Assembly (NCBI RefSeq): GCF_988242995.1
Contig: NZ_OZ547043.1
Direction: 5' to 3' (one strand)
Length of the DNA: 64,000 nt
Notes under the pieces: model-generated
What the model saw: only the letters and a program-made list of their open reading frames with translations
Told to the model about the DNA's origin: nothing
Database searches by the model: none
Part shown: in pieces, positions 1 to 11,132 of the stretch
Position numbering within the stretch: position 1 is the first letter of the stretch
Layout: every line of letters begins with the position of its first letter
Program-made: the position numbers and the translations under genes

Positions 1-795
1 ACTCCAGTAACGGGCGGTCTCGTCATGAATCGTGAACGGGCGCAGTTCCGCCACATTTGGGCAAAAAATCAGGCGTAGTACAGCTTTGAAAAATTCAATC
101 AGGGCAAAGGCGTTGAGAAACAAACTTTGTTGGAAAGCGATGGTGCGACTGCCCGCATTCAGGTTGTCGCTTAATACCTGGCCGACAAACAATGTCAGCG
201 CCAGTAACAGCAGGTCGATAATAAACGCCCCGATAATCATCGCCGGAAGCTGCAACCAGTTACTGCGCTCACGATTTTTTTGCCGCGCCCACTGACCCAT
301 TTTGCGATACAGCGGCAGTGCACACAGGCGAATCAGCCAGTAAAAACCAAACACTAATACCGCTAACATTGAAAAATGGGTCAGCGCATTGCTGAAGGTT
401 TGTGGATTAAACGGCTTATGCGGGGAGCCGGTGATATTGCGATAAAGTTGCCCGAAGCGGGCGGAAAGGGCTTCACCATAATGGCGGCTGACTTCGGTGA
501 CCTTTTGCAGCACGGTTTGCTCTTCAACCAGCGTCGGCGGCACGATCTTTGGTACGGGTTCCGCAGGGGGCGTAGCGGCGACGGTGCGCAACTGGTCGAT
601 CAACTCTTTACGCGAGGTGTCATTATCCAGCACATCCGCCAGTGCGCCATAGGCCGCTTTTTTTTGTTCGATATCCGGTTCCGGGGCCGGTTCAGTCGTT
701 GAGTCCGTTGTCGTTGTGGTTGTAACGCCGGGTATGGATACCGCGTGGGCAGGTGCGCCCAGCAGGCAGAAGAGGATGAACAGGATCCACCGCAT
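1..795 (-). CDS. ybiO: Mechanosensitive channel YbiO, N-terminal part only (gene runs off the window start)
   Basis: Minus-strand frame from the ATG at 795 reads MRWILFILFCLLGAPAHA..., matching the YbiO N-terminus (signal peptide then Thr-rich stretch). The 3' end lies beyond position 1. Confidence 0.85.
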   Translation of the reverse strand, partial: MRWILFILFCLLGAPAHAVSIPGVTTTTTTDSTTEPAPEPDIEQKKAAYGALADVLDNDTSRKELIDQLRTVAATPPAEPVPKIVPPTLVEEQTVLQKVTEVSRHYGEALSARFGQLYRNITGSPHKPFNPQTFSNALTHFSMLAVLVFGFYWLIRLCALPLYRKMGQWARQKNRERSNWLQLPAMIIGAFIIDLLLLALTLFVGQVLSDNLNAGSRTIAFQQSLFLNAFALIEFFKAVLRLIFCPNVAELRPFTIHDETARYWS

Positions 796-911
796 GACTC
801 CTCCAGTGAGAAAACAGAGCAAAAAGATAAGTATAGATGCTGGGGGAGGGGCGATTTTAAATGAGAGGAATCTGGTGTGCCTCCCTTTCGGGGGAAAGGG
901 AGGCTGAGAAG

Positions 912-1634
912 TTAAGAGACGTGCTGCAAAAATTCCTGCAAGCGCTGGCTCGGTGGGTTCTTGATCAACACCTGCGGATCGCCATCTTCCGCAATCCGGC
1001 CTTTGTCGATAAAGATCAGGCGCGAAGCTACTTTCTCGGCAAAACCGATTTCGTGGGTCACGATCACCATCGTCATCCCTTCTTCAGCCAGATCCTGCAT
1101 AACCTTCAGCACTTCATGGCGCAGTTCCGGGTCAAGAGCGGAAGTCGGTTCATCAAACAGCATCATTTTCGGCTTCACCGCCAGCGCGCGGGCGATGGCC
1201 ACACGCTGCTGTTGACCACCAGAAAGTTCGGAAGGGTAGTGATGTGCACGTTCTGCCAGACCGACTTTCGCCAGCAGCTCACGTGCCAGTTTTTCCGCCT
1301 CTTCTTTGTTCGCGCCACGCACGCGTAGCGGACCAAACATCACGTTTTCCAGCGCCGTCAGATGCGGGAAGAGGTAAAACTGCTGGAACACCATACCCGC
1401 TTCCTGGCGAATCAGGCGCTCGTCAACTTTCGGATCGTTAACCTTCAGGCCATCGACAATCAGATCGCCGGAGGTGATTTCTTCCAGTTTGTTGATGCAG
1501 CGCAGCAGGGTCGATTTACCGGAACCGGACGGCCCGATAATCACCACGACTTCGCCCTGAGCAATGTTCAAATCGATATTGTGCAGCACCTGGGTTGGAC
1601 CAAAATGCTTGGAGACGTTTTTAAATTCAATCAC
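912..1634 (-). CDS. glnQ: Glutamine ABC transporter ATP-binding protein
   Basis: 240-aa ORF with Walker [13 protein letters not shown] signature LSGGQQQR and Walker [12 protein letters not shown]; matches GlnQ. Sits immediately downstream of glnP. Confidence 0.95.
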
Positions 1635-2290
1635 AGGATTTTCATCCTTCTTTCCAGACGACGCAGAATAAAGCTCAGCACCAGGGTAATAATCAGATAG
1701 AACACCGCCACGGCGCTCCAGATCTCAAGGGCGCGGAAGTTACCGGCAATAATTTCTTGCCCCTGACGGGTCAGTTCCGCCACGCCGATCACAATAAACA
1801 GCGAGGTGTCTTTAATGCTGATGATCCACTGGTTACCCAGCGGCGGCAGCATACGACGCAGTGCCAGCGGTAAAATGACGTAGCGAATGGTTTCCCAACG
1901 TGAAAGACCGAGCGCCAGTCCTGCTTCACGAAAACCTTTGTGAATAGACAGCACCGCACCACGCGTGATTTCCGCAATGTACGCGCCGGAGTTGATCATG
2001 ATGGTGACCACCGCCGCAGTAAACGGGTCGATGCGTAAGTCGTTAAACGCCATCGGCAGGGCGAAATAGATAAACATCACCTGGACGACGATAGGTGTGC
2101 CGCGGATCACTTCAATAAAGACCAGCGCGACGTGGTTGGCTATCCAACCACCGAAGGTGCGTGCAAAACCTGCCAGCAATCCGATCACCAGGCCGCCAGC
2201 CAGACCGAGGACCGAGATCCACAGGGTCATTTTGGCACCTTCAATCAGAAGCGGAATGGCAGGCCAGATGGCACTCCAGTCAAACTGCAT
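1631..2290 (-). CDS. glnP: Glutamine ABC transporter permease
   Basis: 219-aa polar amino-acid permease; stop overlaps the glnQ start by 4 nt, consistent with translational coupling. Confidence 0.95.
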
Positions 2291-2374
2291 ATGTTGTTCC
2301 TGTTACCGTGGTGTAAATAATCAAATTCAGGGTAATTAATGGCCCCGGAGCGGGTTTGCGCCCCTCACCCTAAT

Positions 2375-2395
2375 CCTCTCCCCAGAGGGGAGAGG
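2375..2395 (-). other. Intercistronic GC-rich stem-loop between glnH and glnP (perfect 9-bp stem CCTCTCCCC/GGGGAGAGG, 3-nt loop)
   Basis: Read directly from the sequence. On the glnHPQ mRNA it lies about 35 nt after the glnH stop. No U-run follows, so it is not a canonical intrinsic terminator; more likely an mRNA-stabilising or attenuating hairpin. Confidence 0.5.
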
Positions 2396-2428
2396 GAACT
2401 GCCAGTGCGCCTTACAGGCGTAGCGTTA

Positions 2429-3190
<762 letters not shown>

Positions 3191-3229
3191 CTATCCACGG
3201 GACGATCCCCTGCGTGACATTCACATATA

Positions 3230-3245
3230 TGAAAAAATCGTGCCA
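3230..3245 (-). promoter_or_regulatory. Sigma-54 promoter glnHp2 (-24 TGGCAC, N5, -12 TTTCA)
   Basis: Minus strand reads TGGCACGATTTTTTCA with the GG and GC elements at correct spacing, about 55 nt upstream of the glnH ATG. glnHPQ is an established NtrC/sigma-54 operon. Confidence 0.6.
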
Positions 3246-3318
3246 GTTTTGCAACTCATTGATTTATCGAGATGCGGCAAAAACGTGATGCACGATTTAT
3301 AGGGCAATACCCTGAAGA

Positions 3319-3347
3319 TGCACCATTCTGGGGCACCAAACTGGTGC
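3319..3347. promoter_or_regulatory. NtrC-type enhancer sites (GCACCA-N3-TGGTGC palindrome and an overlapping TGCACCA half-site)
   Basis: tgcaccattctggggcaccaaactggtgcgc contains the dyad GCACCAaacTGGTGC, about 90-115 bp upstream of the sigma-54 element. Confidence 0.5.
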
Positions 3348-3507
3348 GCTAAAATTGTGCACTCAACACAGTGATTATTTAGCGTAAAACCTGATGAAAA
3401 AACAATCTTTATGTAACGATTGTGTGATGATGTGGATACAAAAAATTTACTTAATCAGCTGGAGATAGCAGATGGATGCACTAAATAAGTGCGTTGAGGT
3501 GGGCTGC

Positions 3508-3538
3508 AAAACAAAACGGCCTCCTGTCAGGAAGCCGC
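3508..3538 (-). terminator. Rho-independent terminator downstream of dps
   Basis: Minus strand forms the hairpin GCGGCUUCC-UGACA-GGAGGCCGU followed by UUUUGUUUU, about 40 nt after the dps stop. Confidence 0.55.
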
Positions 3539-3578
3539 TTTTATCGGGTACTAAAGTTCTCCACCATCAGCGATGGAT

Positions 3579-4226
<648 letters not shown>

Positions 4227-4342
4227 TTAGTTATATTGATAAGAACAATTCTTATTTATTGGCTCGCCAGGAATTTTCGGAATAAATATGCTTTTGCATA
4301 ATTCGATACATAAAGACGGTGTAGAGGAAAAGTAGCGAAAAA

Positions 4343-4372
4343 TTCTGCATGGTTATGCATAACCATGCAGAA
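4343..4372. terminator. Perfect 30-bp palindrome (TTCTGCATGGTTATG/CATAACCATGCAGAA); probable rhtA terminator
   Basis: Exact reverse-complement symmetry read from the sequence. It starts 9 nt downstream of the rhtA stop on the minus strand and is followed there by UUUUUCGC. Confidence 0.6.
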
Positions 4373-4380
4373 ATGTAAAT

Positions 4381-5268
4381 TTAATTAATGTCTAATTCTT
4401 TTATTTTGCTCTCTTTGCGTACTGTCAGCGTAGACCCCATTGAAGCGGCGATGATAGCGCCGAGCGCCAGCAGCTGTATGGGTGTCAGTGTTTCTCCGAG
4501 GAAAATCATCCCGGAAACGGCAGCCAGCGCCGGTTCCATGCTCATCAGCGTACCAAATGTCCGTGTTGGCAAACGGGTGAGGGCAATCATTTCCAGCGAA
4601 TAAGGCAGAGCGGTCGAGAGAATAGCGACCGCCAGACCCAATGGAATAACCGACCAGTGCCAGAGTGCTTCACCAGCCTGAAGCGCTCCAATTGGCACGA
4701 AAATTAACGCTGCAATCAACGAACCAATTGCCACCGTCGCAGGGCCATGTTCCGCTCCTGCGCGTTGCCCACTTAAAATGTAAATAGCCCAACAAGCCCC
4801 GGCCCCCAGAGCCAGCGCACAGCCGGTTAAATCGACATGGGAAACGTCTTGCCCCAGCGGTAGCAGGAACCACAGACCAAGAACCGCCAGAACAACCCAG
4901 ACGAAATCTACCGGGCGACGAGAAGAGAACAGCGCCACCGCCAGTGGTCCGGTGAACTCCAGCGCCACCGCAATACCCAGCGGTACCGTCTGAATAGAAA
5001 GATAAAAAAGATAATTCATCCCCCCCAGCGAAACGCCGTAAAACAACAGCGGTAACCGCTGCTCTTTGGCAAAGCGCAGTCGCCATGGCTTAAAGAACGC
5101 GATGAGGATCAGCGTTCCTAATGCCAGACGCAGCGCAGTGACACCCGGTGCGCCCACCAGAGGAAAAAGTGACTTAGCTAACGAGGCTCCACCCTGAATA
5201 GACGCCATGGCAACGAGCAATATGACTATTGGTAACCAGACCGGCATTTTACGTAATGAACCAGGCAT
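4381..5268 (-). CDS. rhtA: Threonine/homoserine exporter (DMT superfamily)
   Basis: Multi-pass membrane ORF; start taken at MPGSLRKMPVWLPIV... (295 aa), the second Met of the track ORF. Matches RhtA. Confidence 0.9.
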   Translation of the reverse strand: MPGSLRKMPVWLPIVILLVAMASIQGGASLAKSLFPLVGAPGVTALRLALGTLILIAFFKPWRLRFAKEQRLPLLFYGVSLGGMNYLFYLSIQTVPLGIAVALEFTGPLAVALFSSRRPVDFVWVVLAVLGLWFLLPLGQDVSHVDLTGCALALGAGACWAIYILSGQRAGAEHGPATVAIGSLIAALIFVPIGALQAGEALWHWSVIPLGLAVAILSTALPYSLEMIALTRLPTRTFGTLMSMEPALAAVSGMIFLGETLTPIQLLALGAIIAASMGSTLTVRKESKIKELDIN

Positions 5269-5620
5269 CCTTTCTCCCACAAATATCTAGACTTAAGTAA
5301 AGCGTGGAGTGTACTGGATATACCCAATGCTGGTTGAGCATTTGTTGAAAAAATTTTCCCCCGTTTTGACTAAAATGCGCCAGGATTGATGGAATCATTA
5401 GTCTGGTGATTAGGAATAATCTGGATGAATGACAGGGAAAACATGCGTAATACTTACGCAGTTCTCTGAAAAAGTGATTTAAATTTAGATGGATAGCGGC
5501 GTATGGAAACGTTCTGTTACATGAAATGGCCCGTTAGACATCACAAATCGCGAAGAGTTTCCCATTAATTTTTGATATATTTAAAACTTAGGACTTATTT
5601 GAATCACATTTGAGGTGGTT

Positions 5621-6136
5621 ATGAAAAAAATTGCATGTCTTTCAGCACTGGCCGCAGTTCTGGCTTTCACCGCAGGTACTTCCGTAGCTGCGACTTCTAC
5701 CGTAACTGGCGGTTACGCACAGAGCGACGCTCAGGGCCAAATGAACAAAATGGGCGGTTTCAACCTGAAATACCGCTATGAAGAAGACAACAGCCCGCTG
5801 GGTGTGATCGGTTCTTTCACTTACACCGAGAAAAGCCGTACTGCAAGCTCTGGTGACTACAACAAAAACCAGTACTACGGCATCACTGCTGGTCCGGCTT
5901 ACCGCATTAACGACTGGGCAAGCATTTACGGTGTAGTGGGTGTGGGTTATGGTAAATTCCAGACCACTGAATACCCGACCTACAAACACGACACCAGCGA
6001 CTACGGTTTCTCCTACGGTGCTGGTCTGCAGTTCAACCCGATGGAAAACGTTGCTCTGGACTTCTCTTACGAGCAGAGCCGTATTCGTAGCGTTGACGTA
6101 GGCACCTGGATTGCCGGTGTTGGTTACCGCTTCTAA
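5621..6136 (+). CDS. ompX: Outer membrane protein X
   Basis: MKKIACLSALAAVLAFTAGTSVA signal peptide followed by a beta-barrel sequence ending ...GVGYRF; 171 aa. Confidence 0.95.
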   Translation: MKKIACLSALAAVLAFTAGTSVAATSTVTGGYAQSDAQGQMNKMGGFNLKYRYEEDNSPLGVIGSFTYTEKSRTASSGDYNKNQYYGITAGPAYRINDWASIYGVVGVGYGKFQTTEYPTYKHDTSDYGFSYGAGLQFNPMENVALDFSYEQSRIRSVDVGTWIAGVGYRF

Positions 6137-6151
6137 TCACTTCGGTGATAT

Positions 6152-6185
6152 AAAAAATCCGCCTCTCGGGGCGGATTTTTTGTTT
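6152..6185. terminator. Bidirectional rho-independent terminator between ompX and opgE
   Basis: AAAAAATCCGCC-tctcg-GGGCGGATTTTTTGTTTT: 8-bp GC stem flanked by an A-run and a T-run. Confidence 0.75.
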
Positions 6186-7768
6186 TAAGGTTTCGGGTCG
6201 AAAATATCGGTTCCGAGATGGTTGTAATCCACCTTCTGTAACTGGAAGTTGGTGATGTATATCGGCCCGGCTTTCTTCTCAGATATAAACGGGTATTTGA
6301 TGTTAATTTCCTTCGCTTTAATTCCCGTCCACTGGGAGAAAAAGCCTAAGAAGTCATTGGCAGAGCGGCGGGCTTTAATCACCCGATGCGCTTTATCGTC
6401 GCTCGAAATGACCATAAAAGGCACCTGGAAATTTTGCTGATATTTATCATCATGGGCAAGGTATTGCACGTCTTTGCCGCGCTCTTTAAAGGCCAGACCG
6501 TGGTCAGAAAAGTAAACCAGCGAGAAGCTACTGCCGCTGTTGCGTAACTGATCGTACAGCTTACGCAATAAATCGTCCGTTTGCGTCATGGTATAGAGAT
6601 AGCACGACGTTTCTTTCGATTGCACAAAGGTTTCGTATTTGCCTTGTGTCCGGTCGCAAGCTTGCGGATGTGAGCCCATCAGATGTAAAACAATCAGCTG
6701 CGGTTGCGAGTGCTCTTGTGCCAGCACTTGAGCGGTCATATCCAGTAACGCTTCGTCTTTCGTGTTTTTATCTGCTTCAAAATTACCTTCTTTCAGGAAG
6801 TACACTTCATCTGCACGTTTGGCGATGCTGGCGATGGCTGTATCGTATTCGCCGATTTGGCCCTGGTTGGAAAACCACCAGGTCTGGAAGCCCGCGCGAT
6901 TTGCCAGGGTGACAAAGTTATCCTGAAACTGTGGTTTGCCATCGACTACGCGATTGAGCGTTAAGCCAAGCGATTTCTGCGTGGAGCCACTGGCGGCAAT
7001 GTAGTCAGCAAATATCAAACCGTTAACGCTGCTGGCAAACGGGGTATTGTCCCAGTGACCGCCAAAGGCACCGAGGGCATCGCGACGCGCGCTTTCACCG
7101 ATCACCACCACATAGGTCTGATACTTCGGCTTAACGGCAGTGACCGTCCAGGTATCTTTCATTCCGGAAAGTTTTGCCATCCGTTCTTGCTCTTCAATCA
7201 CCTCGTTATTATTGACGATGACATCCTTAGCAAAACGAAATACCGGATAGCCAGTATCTTTCAGTTTAAATACGCCGCCCCAGGCCAGGTTTTGCACGGG
7301 AGCAACAAAAAATGTCGCCACACTGAATACCAGACACAGGCTATCGAAGGTATTCCAGCGCGCTTTTTCACTCTCTTTTTTTCGCCGGATTGCTATTACG
7401 CCGAGCGCAAAAATAAATAAGCCGACCAGGTAGCTGTACCACGGAAAAATCGTCAGGATTTCGGTCGACTCTTCCATATTGGTGGAGTGCAATGCCAGCA
7501 ATGTATTGAAGTTAGGCGCGCCGTAGGCCTGAGCAAAAGGGAAATAACAAGCCGCCACCAGCGAACTGACACCGACCAGAACTTTTTGTACGCGAGGCAA
7601 TGTTCGCCATAGCAAAAGCAAAATAGCCGTAAACGCAGCGGTGTAAAGCAAACTGAAGGGATAACCTAAGCCGAGGTTAATTAATAGCGACTGTAAAAAG
7701 TAGAACGCAGTCCACGGGCTAAATACCCGGCTACGGGTAACAAGCGATTCTTTGAGGGTTAAATTCAT
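6185..7768 (-). CDS. opgE: Phosphoethanolamine transferase for osmoregulated periplasmic glucans
   Basis: 527-aa ORF with an N-terminal multi-TM domain and a C-terminal sulfatase-like domain; matches YbiP/OpgE. Confidence 0.9.
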   Translation of the reverse strand: MNLTLKESLVTRSRVFSPWTAFYFLQSLLINLGLGYPFSLLYTAAFTAILLLLWRTLPRVQKVLVGVSSLVAACYFPFAQAYGAPNFNTLLALHSTNMEESTEILTIFPWYSYLVGLFIFALGVIAIRRKKESEKARWNTFDSLCLVFSVATFFVAPVQNLAWGGVFKLKDTGYPVFRFAKDVIVNNNEVIEEQERMAKLSGMKDTWTVTAVKPKYQTYVVVIGESARRDALGAFGGHWDNTPFASSVNGLIFADYIAASGSTQKSLGLTLNRVVDGKPQFQDNFVTLANRAGFQTWWFSNQGQIGEYDTAIASIAKRADEVYFLKEGNFEADKNTKDEALLDMTAQVLAQEHSQPQLIVLHLMGSHPQACDRTQGKYETFVQSKETSCYLYTMTQTDDLLRKLYDQLRNSGSSFSLVYFSDHGLAFKERGKDVQYLAHDDKYQQNFQVPFMVISSDDKAHRVIKARRSANDFLGFFSQWTGIKAKEINIKYPFISEKKAGPIYITNFQLQKVDYNHLGTDIFDPKP

Positions 7769-8039
7769 ATGCCACTATCGTAACAAACGCCATGTGCTTA
7801 CCCTGGCGTCAAGGGTCAATACCTGCAAGAGTGCGTGGAGAGGGGAAAGGGGTCCGCATCCGCGAGCCGCAATATACGCAGGGCTGCAAGAAGATAGAGC
7901 GAGCTGCCGTTCAGGTCAACTACTGACGAACAAATCTTTTGCGAAGGGGATTGCAAATCCGACAAAAAGTGGGGTTTTTCAGACCAAAACGCGTCGTGCC
8001 TGCATAAAAGCAGGAGTGAAGCGGCGTACCGCGACGCCG

Positions 8040-8168
8040 CTATTTATCGGAAGGTTTATCTTGCTGCGGTTTGTTGTTGACCATATCGCACAACATAGAG
8101 AGCAGCATTAACCGTACTTTAAAGGGAGAATGACTAAACACGCGCATACACCTCTTGAACTCATTCAT
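8040..8168 (-). CDS. mntS: Small protein MntS (42 aa), manganese homeostasis
   Basis: Minus-strand translation gives MNEFKRCMRVFSHSPFKVRLMLLSMLCDMVNNKPQQDKPSDK*, preceded by a strong SD (AGGAGGTC). Too short for the ORF track. Confidence 0.9.
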   Translation of the reverse strand: MNEFKRCMRVFSHSPFKVRLMLLSMLCDMVNNKPQQDKPSDK

Positions 8169-8226
8169 AAGACCTCCTGACTTGCTAATCCCGTCGATCC
8201 TTGAGGGATGATTGCATTACATACAG

Positions 8227-8260
8227 ATATAGCACAGGCTATATTATATAGCTATTGCTA
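8227..8260. promoter_or_regulatory. MntR operator boxes upstream of mntS
   Basis: ATATAGCACAGGCTATAT (palindromic arms ATAGC/GCTAT) and an adjacent ATAGCTATTGCTA, 60-90 bp upstream of the mntS ATG; resembles the MntR box (ATAGC-N4-GCTAT). Confidence 0.6.
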
Positions 8261-8353
8261 AAACGTTAATTTTTTGTACCTTCGCAACTCTGGTTTACAA
8301 TGTGCGCACGAAATGAGAACGCTATGTATGCGTCACCATAATGAGGAAGCACA

Positions 8354-8821
8354 ATGAGTCGTCGCGCAGGTACGCCAACAGCAAAAAAAGTGACGCAGTT
8401 AGTGAACGTGGAAGAGCACGTTGAAGGGTTCCGCCAGGTCAGAGAGGCGCATCGGCGCGAGCTTATTGATGATTACGTTGAGCTGATTTCTGACTTGATC
8501 AGGGAAGTGGGGGAAGCTCGTCAGGTAGACATGGCTGCTCGTTTGGGAGTTTCGCAACCGACGGTGGCTAAAATGCTTAAGCGACTGGCAACCATGGGGC
8601 TGATTGAAATGATCCCCTGGCGTGGCGTGTTTTTAACGGCAGAAGGAGAGAAGCTGGCGCAGGAAAGCCGCGAGCGACATCAGATAGTCGAAAATTTCTT
8701 GTTGGTGTTGGGCATCAGTCCGGAAATCGCCCGTCGCGACGCGGAAGGCATGGAGCACCATGTTAGTGAAGAGACGCTCGACGCTTTTCGTTTGTTTACC
8801 CAGAAACACGGTGCCAAATGA
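8354..8821 (+). CDS. mntR: Mn(II)-responsive transcriptional regulator (DtxR family)
   Basis: 155-aa [48 protein letters not shown]...; matches MntR. Confidence 0.95.
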   Translation: MSRRAGTPTAKKVTQLVNVEEHVEGFRQVREAHRRELIDDYVELISDLIREVGEARQVDMAARLGVSQPTVAKMLKRLATMGLIEMIPWRGVFLTAEGEKLAQESRERHQIVENFLLVLGISPEIARRDAEGMEHHVSEETLDAFRLFTQKHGAK

Positions 8822-9936
8822 GCCTGCCTTTTTTACGCACGCTGCAAGGCGATCGTTTTTTTCAGTTATTAATTCTTGTTGGTATCGGATTAAGCTTTTT
8901 CGTGCCTTTTGCACCGAAATCCTGGCCTGCTGCTATCGACTGGCACACCATCATCACCTTAAGCGGCCTGATGCTGCTGACCAAAGGTGTGGAGTTAAGC
9001 GGTTATTTTGATGTGCTGGGGCGCAAAATGGTGCGTCGCTTTGCTACGGAGCGTCGGCTGGCGATGTTTATGGTGCTGGCGGCGGCGCTGCTTTCTACCT
9101 TTCTGACCAACGATGTCGCGCTGTTTATTGTTGTTCCGCTGACTATCACGCTAAAAAGACTGTGTGAGATCCCGGTTAATCGGCTGATTATTTTTGAAGC
9201 GCTGGCAGTCAACGCTGGTTCGCTACTGACGCCAATTGGCAACCCGCAAAATATTCTTATCTGGGGACGTTCTGGTCTTTCGTTTGCCGGATTTATTGCC
9301 CAAATGGCACCGCTGGCTGGCGCAATGATGCTGACACTCCTGCTGTTGTGCTGGTGTTGTTTCCCTGGAAAGGCGCTGCAATACCATACGGGGGCGCAAA
9401 CGCCGGAGTGGAAACCGCGGCTGGTGTGGAGTTGTCTGGGGCTGTATATCGTTTTTCTGACGGCGCTGGAGTTAAAACAAGAGCTGTGGGGACTGGTGAT
9501 TGTGGCGGTGGGCTTTGTGCTGCTGGCACGTCGCGTGGTGCTCAGTGTGGACTGGACGCTGCTGCTGGTGTTTATGGCGATGTTTATCGACGTCCATTTA
9601 CTGACCCAGCTTCCAGCGTTGCAAGGTGTGTTGGGTAACGTGAGTCATTTATCTGAACCCGGGTTATGGTTAACGGCAATCGGTTTATCGCAGGTGATCA
9701 GTAACGTGCCGAGTACCATTTTGCTGCTCAATTATGTACCGCCGTCTTTATTAATGGCATGGGCGGTAAACGTGGGGGGCTTTGGTTTATTACCCGGATC
9801 GCTGGCAAATTTGATTGCGTTACGGATGGCGAACGATCGCCGTATCTGGTGGCGTTTCCATCTCTATTCAATACCGATGCTGTTGTGGGCGGCGCTGGTG
9901 GGATACGTTTTGTTGGTTATGATCCCGGCCTGGTAG
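8818..9936 (+). CDS. ybiR: Putative anion transporter (ArsB/NhaD-type permease)
   Basis: 372-aa polytopic membrane ORF overlapping the mntR stop (ATGA); matches YbiR. Confidence 0.9.
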   Translation: MSLPFLRTLQGDRFFQLLILVGIGLSFFVPFAPKSWPAAIDWHTIITLSGLMLLTKGVELSGYFDVLGRKMVRRFATERRLAMFMVLAAALLSTFLTNDVALFIVVPLTITLKRLCEIPVNRLIIFEALAVNAGSLLTPIGNPQNILIWGRSGLSFAGFIAQMAPLAGAMMLTLLLLCWCCFPGKALQYHTGAQTPEWKPRLVWSCLGLYIVFLTALELKQELWGLVIVAVGFVLLARRVVLSVDWTLLLVFMAMFIDVHLLTQLPALQGVLGNVSHLSEPGLWLTAIGLSQVISNVPSTILLLNYVPPSLLMAWAVNVGGFGLLPGSLANLIALRMANDRRIWWRFHLYSIPMLLWAALVGYVLLVMIPAW

Positions 9937-9945
9937 GGTCTGGCA

Positions 9946-9984
9946 AATAAAAAAGGCGGATGATGAGTCCGCCTCTGTTTTACG
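9946..9984. terminator. Bidirectional terminator between ybiR and ldtB
   Basis: AAAAAAGGCGGA-tgatgag-TCCGCCTCTGTTTT hairpin with flanking A-run and T-run. Confidence 0.7.
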
Positions 9985-9993
9985 TTTTGACGA

Positions 9994-10914
9994 TTAATTC
10001 AGACGAACCGGCATCCCGGAACGATTTTTGATCGCTTCATCCAGAACAACCTGGTCAACATCTGGCTGACCGGTCACTGTCTGCACGCTCTTCGTCAGGG
10101 TAATTGGCACAATTTCCTGACCTTCAAACTGGGCTTCTGTGGTAGACAGCGGGTTATGGACTTCAATGTAACGGCTGCCGTCTGGCTCGGTGGTCGCTTT
10201 TACCGGCTCATCAATAAACTGTACGCGAGTACCGACCGGCACTTTCTCGAACAGGAATTTGATGTCTTCGTTACGCAGACGCACACATCCATGACTTACG
10301 CGCAGGCCGATACCGAAGTTGGCGTTGGTGCCATGGATAGCGTACAGGCGACCGATGTAGAGTGCATACAGCCCCATCGGGTTATCCGGACCAGCCGGAA
10401 CGACCGCCGGAAGCGGTTCGCCCGCAGCGCGGTACTCTGCGTGCATTTTGGCGGTCGGCGTCCAGGTCGGGCCTGCTTTCTTACGCTCAACTTTGGTGGT
10501 CCAGTTGATAGGCGTGTCTTTGCCTAACTGACCAATGCCGATCGGCAGCACGATAACGGTGTTGGTCCCTTTCGGATAGTAATACAGACGCATCTCTGCA
10601 CTGTTAATGACGATGCCTTCATGAACGGTATCCGGCAGGATCAGCTGCTGCGGAATGTTCAGTACAGTACCGCCTTTCGGCAGGAAGGTATCCACACCCG
10701 GGTTCGCTTCCATCATATTGGAAAGCCCCATCTGGTACTCGGCGGCAAAATACTCCAGCGGCTGAGTGTTACCTTCAGGAATGGTGATCACCTGATTCTG
10801 ACCAACCAGGCGACTCCCGTCGGTTGGCAGAGGATAAGTTACCGCAGAGGCGGTACTGCAAAAGCCGACAACAGCGAAGGCCGCTGCGAATAATGTTTTC
10901 AATTTCATATTCAT
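9994..10914 (-). CDS. ldtB: L,D-transpeptidase (YkuD domain), links Braun lipoprotein to peptidoglycan
   Basis: 306-aa ORF with signal peptide; catalytic motif read as SHGCVRL; matches YbiS/LdtB. Confidence 0.95.
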
Positions 10915-11132
10915 GTTAAGCGAGATTTTGTGCCTGGCAGGCCATTGGGTTGAGAATATTAGAGTATTGGAAGCGCATTATAAGTTCATTCCAGCTCACA
11001 GTGAAATCAGATGTGTACGAAATCACATTTTTTGCCTTTGGCTTGAGTGTAGACCTTAAGCGAGGAGCAGGATCTTCTTTCAGACTTATGGCATAATGCG
11101 CGGTTTGTCATATCTCTTTTCAGGATACGCCT

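Noticed and set aside
2375-2395. Calling the glnH-glnP hairpin a canonical rho-independent terminator or a REP element
   Set aside because: No U-run follows the stem on the transcribed strand and the sequence does not match the REP consensus; recorded only as a stem-loop.
7752-8111. 119-aa plus-strand ORF spanning the opgE start and the mntS region
   Set aside because: It overlaps the opgE 5' end and the mntS gene on the opposite strand; the 42-aa MntS reading with a strong SD explains this region better.
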